A stretch of 64,000 bases of DNA, from positions 20,274,001 through 20,338,000 of the forward strand of contig OX597834.1 in the NCBI GenBank assembly GCA_951406725.2, read 5' to 3'. Of this stretch, positions 12,289 through 24,129 are shown piece by piece. The notes beneath the pieces were generated by a model, which worked only from the letters and a program-made list of their open reading frames with translations, was not told the DNA's origin and did not search any database. The DNA is from Octopus vulgaris. Its lineage: Eukaryota. Position 1 is the first letter of the stretch, and each line of letters starts with the position of its first letter. Made by a program: the position numbers and the translations under genes.

Positions 12289-12440
12289 CCATCCAACATT
12301 TGCATTAGTTCTTGAACCAATTCAAAAATCTGTCATCTTTGGACTTCTTATATCAGGTATGTGTTTAATTAAAACGTTGCTTTTGTTTTGATCAGATTCA
12401 GGAACATATTGATCTATATGTATCGTAAATATACATGTGT

Positions 12441-12715
12441 CATGTAGGGCTACATTCAGTGTAAACCACATAAAGGGTGCCTGCAGACATGTGGTTGCGT
12501 ATAGTCTTCTGAATGAAGTGTGATGCTCAACATGTAGCATAAATGCATATGAAACATGTAGGGCTACATTTGCTGTAAACCAGAGGTAGGGTACTTGCAG
12601 CTTTAGTGCTACATGCAGCCTTCTGAAAGAAGTGCAAGGATCAACATGTAGTGCAGCCATATATGTAACATGTAGGGTTATATTCAGTGTAAGACCAGAG
12701 ATAGGGTACTTCAGG
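12441..12715. repeat. Diverged 114-bp tandem repeat (~2.4 units)
   Basis: catgtaggg(c/t)ta(c/t)att recurs at 12441, 12555 and 12669. Confidence 0.85.
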
Positions 12716-13254
12716 AAGAAACATAATATTGAAGTGAAATTTGCTCTGCTGGGATATATTTTTTGTTGTTTCAATTATATTCCCTTCATGTTTTTTTTAA
12801 TTAATTCTGAATTTTAGGAACACTTCTTTATATTTCTTTATCAACATTTGAAAATAATTGGTTAAACTAATTACTAAAGATATCAAAATCTGAATTATTG
12901 CAACCATTTCACTCTCATCGTGCTCTTTCCTCCTCCCTCTCTCATGTCTCCCCCACCATCACCAGCAACTGTATCATCTTCACCACTCCTGCTACTCAGT
13001 GACACCCATACACCCCTCCACTCTTCTGCATCCCTCTCTCATCACTAGCTCATAACTCTTGTCTCATCCTTCCTTCTACCCTACCTTTATATTTTTTTAC
13101 CTGTACTAGGTGTGAGTAGCCATTCTGATCCCTCCAAAGGAACCTGCACTGCCATCCCCACATCGTAGTAATTCCCTTGTCCCTTAGCATGAAGCTGACC
13201 CCCTGTAACCACACCTGTCCCAGAGCTTGTAGTCTTGCAGCAAGCTGACAGTAA

Positions 13255-13460
13255 TCTCATTAGAGAAGGTGGCACGAAAATAAGAAAAGGTACCCGGTTC
13301 CCTCTGTAAAGTGCTTGGAATTGGGAAGGGGGCTCCCAGCCATCAAAACCATGCCAAAGTGGACATTGGAACTCAATGCAGTCCTTGGACACATCTGTTC
13401 CTGTCAAACCATCCACCCCAAGCCAGCAGGAAACATAGATGTTGAATGATGATGATAATA
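13255..13460 (+). mobile_element. Family D element, old copy
   Basis: ggtggcacgaaaa ... ttgggaagggggctcccagcc ... aaaccatccaccccaagccagcaggaaa ... (GAT)n. Confidence 0.65.
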
Positions 13461-13508
13461 CTTATGTGTGTGTGTGTTTGGAGGGGAGCTCACAATCACA
13501 TGTATATA

Positions 13509-13902
13509 TACTCTTTACTCTTTTACTTGTTTCAGTCATTTGACTGCGGCCATGCTGGAGCACCGCCTTTAATCGAGCAACTCGACCCTGGGACTTATTC
13601 TTTGTAAGCCCAGTACTTATTCTATCGGTCTTTTTTGCCGAAACGCTAAGTAACGGGGACATAAACACACCAGCATCGGTTGTCAAGCAATGCTAGGGGG
13701 ACAAACACAGACACACAAACACACACATGCATATTATATATATACATATATACGACGGGCTTCTTTCAGTTTCGGTCTACCAAATCCACTCACAAGGCAT
13801 TAGTCGACCCAAGGCTATAGTAGAAGACACTTGCCCAAGGTCAGTGGGGCTGAACCTGGAACCATGTGGTTGATAAACAGGCTACTTACCACATAGCCAC
13901 TC
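13509..13902 (-). mobile_element. SINE family A (near full length)
   Basis: Close reverse complement of 1563-1980. Confidence 0.92.
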
Positions 13903-14175
13903 GTATATATGTGTATATTGTATTGTAATTTTTTTGGGGGGGTTTATATATGTGATTCATTTAATTTTTCATTTTTCATGTGACTCATCCAACTCATAAT
14001 ACACTGAATAGCGATGAACTTGTATATAAAATCAAAATAACTTGTAAATAAAAGCGTATTCTTGGAAACTAAGAAAAATATGTTGCAAAAAATAGTTTCC
14101 ACGAACACTGTTTTTGGTTTTTTCTTGTCAATGCTTACATTTTTTTGCCATTATATATTGGTTATAGCTATGCAA

Positions 14176-14236
14176 ATACATATAAATGTACATACATATA
14201 TACATACATACATACATACATATGTACATGCATACA

Positions 14237-14267
<31 letters not shown>

Positions 14268-14450
14268 GTACATGTATACACACATACATACATACATATG
14301 TACATGCATACATACATACATACATGCATACATACATATGTACATGCATACACACATACATACATACGTACATGCATATGTACATGCATACACACACATA
14401 CATACATACATACATACATATGCACATGTATACACACATACATACATACA
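14176..14450. repeat. (TACA)n-based compound microsatellite
   Basis: TACA runs punctuated by tatgtacatgca. Confidence 0.9.
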
Positions 14451-14877
14451 TCTCTTAGCTGCTTTCTTGTATACTAGCAGAGCCATTGCTAGAGAGAGTC
14501 ATTGAAATGTGTCATTGATGAGGGAATGTGAGGCCCTTGCATGACTTTTGAGCCCCAGCCAAAAATTTGCACATTCTGTTGCATAATGCATAGCTGTGCT
14601 GGCCAGCAGAAGGACCAGGTGCCACAGTATGAACTCTTGTGACATACCTTTTCAATCCTCCAACTAAAAGAGACACACCTTTCCTCAGGTTGTGATTGTT
14701 CTGTGGTGAACAATAACCCTATCACAATTTACCACGGGTCGATTCCTATGAGTTCTCTGAGGGCTGACCAGGCCTGCATGGCTCAAGCATTTCCTCCCAC
14801 AAATTACATACATACATACATACTGATGAATGCACATATAGACATATATGCATACCCACATGCATACATATATTTAT

Positions 14878-15102
14878 ATTTCTTTACTACCCACAAGGGT
14901 CTAAATACAGAGGAGAGAAACAAAGACAGACAAATGGATTAAGTCGATTACATCGACCCCAGTGTGTAACTGGTACTTAATTTATCGACCCCGAAAGGAT
15001 GAAAGGCAAAGTCGACCTTGGCGGAATTTGAACCCAGAACGTAATGGCAAATGAAATACAGCTACGCATTTCGCCCAGCATGCTAACGTTTCTGCCAGTT
15101 CG
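14878..15102 (-). mobile_element. SINE family B
   Basis: Highly similar to 31168-31398. Confidence 0.92.
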
Positions 15103-15433
15103 CAAACACATGTACATACATGTGTGTGTGTTTTTAAGAAATGGCTCCAATACAAAATAAGACACAACATTTTATCTGCGAATATGCTGTGTATTTATAC
15201 TTTTTCCATCTGTGGGGTATTTATGCCTCTTAGATGGAGAAAAATTTGGTCATAACCACCTCTTATATACCAGGCAGTGGTAGGTTTCCTTGAGGTGGTG
15301 GTAATGTGGCTGTTTGCAATACAGCAGACCTGTAGTTCAATTCCTTTTGGTGCTTAGGTCTAATTTTTCCTTCTAACGTGTTTTTTACCCGAAAGATTAT
15401 TAACTGTTAGTTATCGTTTATCTGTGACTTTTT

Positions 15434-15828
15434 TCAGTCAACAGACTGTGCCCATGCTGGGGCACCACTTTGAAGAAGTTTTAGTTGAATGAATAGAAGG
15501 ATTTGACTCCAATACTTATATATATTTTTTATTAAAGTGGTACTTATATTCTATTAGACTCTTTTGCTGAACTGTTAAGTTATAGGAATGTAAGTGCAAC
15601 CACACTGGTTGTCAAGTGATGGTGGGGCACACACACACACACACACACGCACACACACACACATACACTCACACATACACTCACACATATATATGACAGA
15701 TTTCTTTTACTCACAAGGCTTTGGTTGGTCCAAGGCTATAGTAGAAGACACTTGCCCAAGGTGCTACACAGTGGGACTGAACCCAGAACCATGTGGTTGG
15801 GAAGCAAGCATCTTACCACACAGCCACA
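15434..15828 (-). mobile_element. SINE family A (diverged)
   Basis: gactgtgcccatgctggggcacc ... agaagacacttgcccaaggtg ... ttaccacacagccac. Confidence 0.85.
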
Positions 15829-15937
15829 CATTTATAATGATACTTTTATGACTAATAATAACTTGTCCCCTCTATTACCCAATATAAGAGTGTCTGCTTT
15901 TTCTAACTCATATTTATGTATGTGTGTGTGTGTGTGT

Positions 15938-16133
15938 GCCATGCAAAAAAGCACCCAATACAATTTGTAAAGTAGTTGACTTTAGGAAGGGCATCTTAGT
16001 GTAGAAGCCTTGCCAAAACAGACAATTGGAGCCTGCTGCATTTTTCTGGCTTGCCAACTCCCATCAGACCCTCAACCCATACCAGTATGGAAAACGGATG
16101 TTAAATAATGATGATGATGATGATGATGATGAT
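15938..16133 (+). mobile_element. Family D element (diverged)
   Basis: taggaagggcatc ... aacccataccagtatggaaaacggatgttaaa followed by (GAT)n. Confidence 0.8.
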
Positions 16134-16827
16134 GTGCATGCCTTTGTGTTTGTTCTTCGACACTCAATTTGTTTACATCTCTGTTATCTGGGATCCCAGC
16201 AAATAGAGAGAGATCAAAAGAATAAGCACCAAGCTTCCAAAAAAAAATGGAAAATGCAAAGTGGCAGGTGGGGTGGATTCCAGTTTGCTCAACGAAACCT
16301 TACAAAATTTTGCTCCAGCATGGCCACAGTTCAATGACTGACACAACAGATATAAAAAAAAAAAGGATAACAGACACAGAATTGAAAATTAAGAGAAAGA
16401 CAAAGATGTAGAGAATTAGAGAGAGAAGGGGAGAGAGAGAGGGAGTGAGGGTGAGGGACATTCTTCTCATATTCAAGTGTTATGTTACATATTTCAAAGC
16501 TAAGCGCCAGCATCCTGATATTCCGTGGTCTGCGGAGACATTTATCATTTTACTATAGAAATCTTTTCGTTCCGATAGTTTTTATTTTTTTTTTTGGTTT
16601 GCTGTGTTTTCGAGAAATGGATTGATTGTGTGTCAGTTTCTGCAGGAACAACTGTTGTCATGAAATTTTCATGAATTCGTAATAATGGAACGATTAATAG
16701 AGCCCAAAACGAAAATGTCTCCCATAGCAACATCTGTTTGTCATGTGAAGATGCTGCTTCTGGTGGGAAAGAAAGAAACAAACAAAAAAAAAAAAAACAA
16801 AAGCAAAAACGCATCTCCTTCATACAT

Positions 16828-16838
16828 TACTACTGCTG

Positions 16839-16902
<64 letters not shown>

Positions 16903-17016
16903 CACCACCACCACCACCACCACCACCACCACCACCACCATCTCCGCCACCACCACCACCATCACCACCACCACCACCACCACCACCACCACCAACCACC
17001 ACTTCTACTACTACTG

Positions 17017-17055
<39 letters not shown>

Positions 17056-17154
17056 TCTCCACCACCACCACCATCATCACCACCACCATCTCCGCCACCA
17101 CCACCATCACCACCACCACCATTACCACCGCCACCATTACCACAACCACCACTT

Positions 17155-17199
<45 letters not shown>

Positions 17200-17314
17200 A
17201 TAATAATAATAATAATAATCATAACAATAATAATAATATTAATAATACCATCATCTCAGCCACTGCTACCGTCACCACCAGAACCATCAGAATCATCACA
17301 ACAACCACCACTTT

Positions 17315-17352
<38 letters not shown>

Positions 17353-17660
17353 ATAATAATAATAATAATAATAATAATCATAATCATAATAATATTAATA
17401 ATACCATCATCTCAGCCACCGCCACTACCACTACTACCATCACCACCAGAACCATCAGAATCATCACAACAACCACCACTTCTACTACTACTACTACTAC
17501 TACTAATAATAATAATAATAATAATAATCACAATCATAATAATAATAATATTAATAATACCATCATCTCAGCCACCGCCACTACCACTACTTCCGTCACC
17601 ACCAGAACCATCAAAATCATGACAACAACCACCACTACAACCGCCACCAACACCACCACT
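16828..17660. repeat. Compound trinucleotide array (TAC/CAC/TAA) with higher-order duplication
   Basis: The spacer ccatcatctcagccac...caccaccagaaccatca occurs three times (~17248, 17404, 17559). Confidence 0.9.
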
Positions 17661-17965
17661 TACATTGAAGACTTGTATATTCCTTGCATAGCTCTGCGAA
17701 ATCCGTGTGAAATATTTTATATAAGAGTACCTGCGCATGTATGTGTACGGGTGCAAATGCATGGATGTGATTATTTGAATGGAAGCACATGCATGTTTGT
17801 ATGCATGTCACATGTGTGCATGTCATATTTGTATGTCCACGTGCATGTTTCTCCAATGGAGTTACATGTGTATGGCTAAAAGGTTTTATTAATATCATTG
17901 TCAACGGGTATTCAAGCTATTTCTATGATATGTGTGTGCCTGCATGCTTAGGTGTATGATGATGA

Positions 17966-18005
<40 letters not shown>

Positions 18006-18871
18006 TGTATGTAAGTAAGTATATATGTATGTGTATATCCGTCTGTATATATACATATATATATATATATATGTATGTATGCATGCATGTATGTATGTAT
18101 CTATTTATCTATCTATCTGTCTGCCTATATATATATATATGTGTGTGTGTATGTATATATGTATCTGCCTGTGTGTGTATATATATATATTTATATATAT
18201 TCTTATACATATTGATATATATGTGTATGTGTGTATATATATATATTTCTTCGTACATTTATTGATATATGTATGTATATATATTTATATGCACAATGAT
18301 AGGTATAAAAATGCCTAACTTTCAATAGATTATTGTGTGCATCAATATATTTAAACATGTGTGAATACATATACATCCACTTGATATATATGTGCATATT
18401 AGTATAAACATATATATCATCATCATCATCATCATCACCTTTTAGACATTATACACACACGTCTACATACGTAGATACATATAAATATATTAGTATACAC
18501 ACACAAACCTGCACATTCACGTATAACTGCGATCACTTTTCTGGTTTCTCGGTTCTATAACATTTTAGATGGGAATTCACATCTCTTTCAGAGTATTTCA
18601 GAATATTTTGGAATATTTCATGAGATTCTAGATAAAAAAAAAAAAAGAACCCTTCACAAAACAAGCCAGCAGCCCTCACCACTCATAATGTACTGCTCCT
18701 CTTATCCATTCCCAGAGAGAAAGTTGTGGAAACAACACGGATAAATACACAATAGAGGAGCTACCTTTGTGCAAAGCCCTTCATTTTAAAACAAAGGAAT
18801 GAGCATTTCTTTGAAAACATCAGCAGGGTTTCACCCCAAACTATTGGCAGAGAAAATTGAATGTTGTTATA

Positions 18872-18902
<31 letters not shown>

Positions 18903-19021
18903 TGTTTTTCTGTTTCTGTTTTGTTGTATCAGCACATGTTTGGAATGTAACTAGATTTCCAATGCAATTCTTTAGAAGTGAGTATTAATACTGACTATGT
19001 TTCTATGTTCTTTATATATAT

Positions 19022-19198
19022 ATAGTTGAAATTTACAGAAAAACAAGAGACAAAGACAGGTGTATAAACAACAAGTAGGTGTATTAGTTTGATGCTTGGG
19101 AAGGTGAGAAAGTCTTTTACATTTCGAGCCTATGCTCTTCAGCCGAAAGGAAGACGAGAGAGAATAAAAAAAAACCCTGTTGATTTAGTGGTCAATCA
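19022..19198 (-). mobile_element. Second, degenerate member of the hammerhead-bearing family seen at 1377
   Basis: Minus strand CTTT cggctga a GAGC atag GCTC GAAA tg TA AAAG. Flanking motif gtatta...gatgcttgggaagg resembles 1429-1450. Inserted in (TA)n. Confidence 0.55.
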
Positions 19199-19222
19199 TA
19201 TATATATATATATATATATATA

Positions 19223-19430
19223 TGAGGGGGTACCAAAAGAGTTCCTAGCTTTAAGGGTATCATGAAAGGCCTGGTTGGAGGCCCAATCTTCTGAGTTCCT
19301 TTACAGAGCTTAAAAAAACAATGAAGGATCACAGCAATAAGTGTGTGAATCTGAGAGGGGAATATATTGAGTAAAATCATAGTTAACTGATCCTCCTGTA
19401 ATTTCTTTTATCCAAAGCCAGGAATTTTAC
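19223..19430 (+). mobile_element. mariner-derived MITE, second copy
   Basis: Colinear with 6534-6749. The right TIR is truncated. Confidence 0.85.
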
Positions 19431-20230
19431 ACACCAACACTGGATGTCAATCAGTGGCATAAAACAAACACAGAAATGAATACCCCTAACGCACACACAC
19501 ATGAGTGCACGTGCACAATGGGTTTCTTTCAGTTTCCTTCTACAAAATCTACTCACAAGGCTTTGGCTAACCCAGAGATATAGTAGAAAACACTCAGCTG
19601 AGGTGCCACTCAGTGCATCTGAACTCGGAACCATATGGTTGGGAAGCAAATGTCTTACCAAACAGCCACACCAGTTTGTGTGTGTGTAGATTTTTCTCTG
19701 TTGTCTATAGAATGTCTATAGAAACGGCAACATCATTACATGCATTACAAGATATTTGCTTCCCTAAATTCCACTTCTGGCCACCACATGTTGTTTGTTT
19801 CCTCTTGTCAATTTGACATTTCAATATAACAGCCATTGAAGGAAGCAGCTTTGATGACAGCCAAACAATTTCCCTCTTCCATTGGAAAAAATGAAGGAGA
19901 ATGAAATATAAATAGTCTTGGATTATTCATTCCAATTCCTATAAAAGGTCCTTGCTAAACCTTCATGTCAGCAGTAAAATTGAGTTACGAGGAATAGGAT
20001 TAAAGAAAGAAATGGAAGAAAAATACCCCAAAAGTATATTTATAAGTTTATATAAAAAATACGTAAAGGTAAGATCCAAATATCAAAGTGTAGGGAGTTA
20101 AGAAGGTTTGAGCTGTCTGTAGAAGGGGTATAAAAACCAACGTTCAGAAACAATGATAATTTATTGACGTAGAAGTTTGTAAATTTTTCCCATATCGAAG
20201 TTCAATAAGCTAAATAGAGTTATTTTATAT

Positions 20231-20690
20231 TAATAATAAATCTCTGAACGAGGTATAAACAGTAGCTGCACAACAATGTCAAGTATATTTGCCATTTAAA
20301 TGTGGCTAACCACTAACGGTGGATGCTACTGTAGCTTGTAGCCCATGGAGAACATCTTCTCCAGCTGGCTATTGACACACTTTTCTTTTTTCCTTTTGAG
20401 ATCGGTGACTTTCCGGCACTGGAAAAAATATATACGTATTTGCATTGGGACCCCTTCGCATTGAAGACTGGTGATTGTCATGCACTGACGACGGGTAAAA
20501 ACCTAGAAACCCAGGTCCGTACGTATCACATCAGGTCGACGATGAGAAGGATGGCTTCCCTTTGCAAATACTGATAGGGCACAGAAAGTGTGTCAATAGC
20601 CAGCTGGAGGTGTTCTCCTGGGGCTACAAGCTACAGTAGCATCCACCTTTAGTGGTTAGCCACATTTAAGTAGGAAATATACTTCACAGT
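20231..20690 (+). mobile_element. Hammerhead-containing ~350-bp unit with an inverted partial copy (Penelope pLTR/retrozyme-like)
   Basis: ~100-bp inverted arms at 20281-20383 and 20585-20684 enclose CTGACGA cgggt aaaa accta GAAA cccag GTC (20485-20517). Homologous to 49853-50407. Confidence 0.75.
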
Positions 20691-21226
20691 TATTTTATAA
20701 TTCATGGTTAGCAACTGGGGTTGCTATGCATGCAAATAAAAATCCCAAATTAGGAAACGGAATTGGTAAAATCCAGGCTGCATATGTTTCATAGCTTGAA
20801 GAAACTCCAAATCAGTAATTACCAAAACAAGGGCTACTCTGCTAGCTGCTCATCCAATCAAAGATACCTTAGGCAATTGAAGGTTACATTGTCATCAAGG
20901 GATCCCACGTTAACTTGCAGGGGATTTAATCGAAAATGACTGTTCGTACACATGTGTCATACAGTCTACCTTTTACTCTGAGCAAGAGGCCCTTTGTCAC
21001 CAGCAGAGGTAAGAGCTCTCTGAACTGAACTTTGCCCAGGCTGTTCTTATTCTAGCTAACTTTGCCCAGGCTATTCTTATACAAAAATATTTTGAGACCT
21101 ATTTTTCAAATCTTGTTGGTACATAAAATTGAAAGACGTCTTTAAGAATGAAATAGAATGCAGTAAACATTTAAAACAAACACTCATATATCTACACACA
21201 CAAATACACATACGCAAACCCACACA

Positions 21227-21272
<46 letters not shown>

Positions 21273-21385
21273 CTTCCCCCCTCTATGAAATAAATTGAAT
21301 ATTTAGTGAAAATATGTTGAGCCATACTGTCATGCAAATTATTGAAACTGTAGATATATAAATGTAGATTGTAAAAATAAAATTG

Positions 21386-21430
<45 letters not shown>

Positions 21431-21880
21431 TGTACATTTTATAATGATTTATAGAATGGTGAGTGCTTTGTTTGTTTCAATAATATGTATGAACACTTTA
21501 TAGCCATGGTGACAGTGTAATTAAGTTGTTACCTTCAGAATTGGTGTTATCTTTCTATCTATCTGTCTGTCTGTCTGTTTATCTGTCTGTCTGTCTATCT
21601 ATCTGTCTGTTTATCTCTCTCTCTCTCTCTTCATTTATGTAGACATAGGTAAATAGATAGATTCATATGCATTTACTGTTATACACACACACACACACAC
21701 CTATATATGTACTTGCATACTAACATACATACAAAAATACCTTGTTATTAATGTTGAAATTCTAATGAAGAAGCCTTGGGTCTAGATTAGAAACTGGCTC
21801 TTTCTCTATTGGCAAGAAATCTTGAGATAAAACTGAACAATCACATGCTTATATATATATATATATATATATATTCAGGA

Positions 21881-21935
<55 letters not shown>

Positions 21936-21959
21936 TGTATATATATGTATATATATATA

Positions 21960-22104
21960 GGAAGGCCTCCACGATGGTGGAGTTACAATTTCAGGAGGAC
22001 AATTGGGATCACATGGATGAGAAAGGCGTGATCCAGAGAGGAATGGACAGCGTGCTGTGACCAGCGGTGTCAAATGGACGCCTGATGGACTGGTCGGTCA
22101 AGGT

Positions 22105-22106
<2 letters not shown>
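21960..22106 (+). mobile_element. 5'-truncated RTE-type LINE 3' end
   Basis: Translates as GRPPRWWSYNFRRTIGITWMRKA*SREEWTACCDQRCQMDA*, the GRP..RW...W...A..R..W pattern typical of RTE-clade ORF ends. Embedded in (TA)n. Confidence 0.7.
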
Positions 22107-22148
<42 letters not shown>

Positions 22149-22241
22149 AATATATACAAATATGTATATATAGCGGCATATGTACACTTTGGTCTCTTAT
22201 ATATGTGTGTGTGTGCATTCGTGTGTGTATATATTTATGTA

Positions 22242-22288
<47 letters not shown>

Positions 22289-22307
22289 ATATATACTCTT
22301 TACTCTT

Positions 22308-23443
22308 GGACTTTGCTAAAGCTTTTGACTCGGTAAACCACCGCCTATTACTTGTCAAGCTTCAAGCATATAGTTTCCATCCGGATATTGTACGATGGGT
22401 TGGTGCCTTCCTCTCAGATTTCTCCTTCCAAGTCCAAGTTAATGGTTCACGGTCCGACGTCTCCAGTGCGAGCAGTGGCGTACCTCAAGGTTCAGTGCTT
22501 GGGCCCTTGTTGTTCTTAGTCTTCATAAATGACTTGCCCGATGACCTCACGCAACACACCCTTCTATTTGCCGACGATATCAAACTGGTCGCTCCTCGCG
22601 GTAATATAGAGGATCTTCGTCGATACCTCCACCAAATTTGGAAGTGGTCTAACGATTGGGACCTGTGTCTGAACGTGTCAAAGTGCTGTCATCTGCCTGT
22701 CGGCTCTACTCCTGCAACTCAACTTGATTTCGAGCCGGGTCGTCTGCTGCTGGAGAGGACCGATCAGGTAAAGGACCTGGGTATCTTGGTGGATTCCTCC
22801 TTTTCGCCTTCGGCCCAGTGCGTCCATGCTGCCAACAAAGCACGCGGAATTCTGTTCTTGATTCGACGGTCAATCGAAATGCTCACGGCAGCCATATTCC
22901 TACCACTCTATGTCACGCTGTTGAGACCCATATTGGAGTATGGGATTCAAGCCTCTTCTCCTTATCTCCTCAAAGACATACAGCATCTCGAAAGAGTCCA
23001 GAAGCTGGCTACCCGCATGGTTCATGGTCTCAAAAATTTGTCCTACGAAGAAAGGCTGAGGACGCTCGACCTTTATTCTCTTGAAAAACGCCGCCGTGGT
23101 GATCTCATTCTCGCCCACAACATCATAAGCGGAAAGTGTAACCTCTCGAAAGAGCTGTTCTTCACTCCTGCTCCAGAGCGTCGGCTGCGGGGTCATTCCG
23201 AAAAGCTCTACCTGCGACGATTTCATCTTAATCGAAGGAGAGGAGCTTTCTCCGTCCGGGTTGCGGATCTGTGGAACAAGCTGCCAGACGAGATGGTGAA
23301 GATGCTGACGACCGCTTTGTTCAAAGCCTCCCTGGACCTCAAGTGGCCTGAACTCTTTACATGAACACCACCCTGTACTTAACTCCATGTCCCCCTACAT
23401 GGCCTTGCTATTTGCTTTTGAGCCAAATTAACTAACTAACTAA
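22308..23443 (+). mobile_element. 5'-truncated CR1-clade LINE (RT domain and C-terminus, stop at 23364, short 3' UTR, (CTAA)n tail)
   Basis: Motifs [58 protein letters not shown] and RGH, with no internal stops. The ORF-track N-terminus (22180-22300) is microsatellite. Confidence 0.95.
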
Positions 23444-23836
23444 CTTGTTTCAGTCATTTGACTGCGGCCATGCTGGAGCACCACCTTTAGTCAAGCAAAT
23501 TGACCCCGAGACTTATTCTTTGTAAGCCCAGTACTTATTCTATCAGTCTCTTTTGCCGAACTGCTAAGTGACAGGGACGTAAACACACCAGCATCGTTTG
23601 TCAAGCAATGCTAGGGGGACAAACACAGACACACAAACACATACACACATATATATATATACATACATATATACGACAGGCTTCTTTCAGTTTCCGTCTA
23701 CCGAATCCACTCACAAGGCATTGGTCGTCCCGGGGCTATTAGCAGAAGACACTTGCCCAAGATGCCATGCAGTGGGACTGAACCCGGAACCATGTGGTTG
23801 GTTAGCAAGCTACTTACCACACAGCCACTCCTGCAC
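23443..23836 (-). mobile_element. SINE family A whose tail (22294-22307) is separated by the CR1 insertion
   Basis: tactctttactctt before the LINE and acttgtttcagtcatttg after it rejoin to give the junction seen at 13509. Confidence 0.92.
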
Positions 23837-24129
23837 ATATATATATCATTATTGGCTTTATCTTGTATCTGAGAATTTATTTTCTCCTTTGTTCAGTGCT
23901 TCCTTTTTGGTAATGCTGTTGATGACTCTGTCGACCAATTCTTGCATAGAAGAGTCAATGGCTCCGACTGCATGGCAATATCAGCGGAGGATGAGGTTGA
24001 TTTTGTTGAGCCTTTTTCTTCTATCTTTTGATATTTATCTTTTCTCTTTTGGTCGTTTCAAAACTTTTGGTTCCCATGGTGATGGAACACTGCCAGTTGG
24101 TACAGTCTCGGGCTTGTATGTCAGACGAT

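Noticed and set aside
16738-17622. 294-aa His/Pro/Leu-rich ORF
   Set aside because: Trinucleotide array with no domain or splice evidence.
22180-22300. N-terminal extension of the RT ORF
   Set aside because: Microsatellite plus SINE tail. The LINE is 5'-truncated and cannot encode a complete protein.
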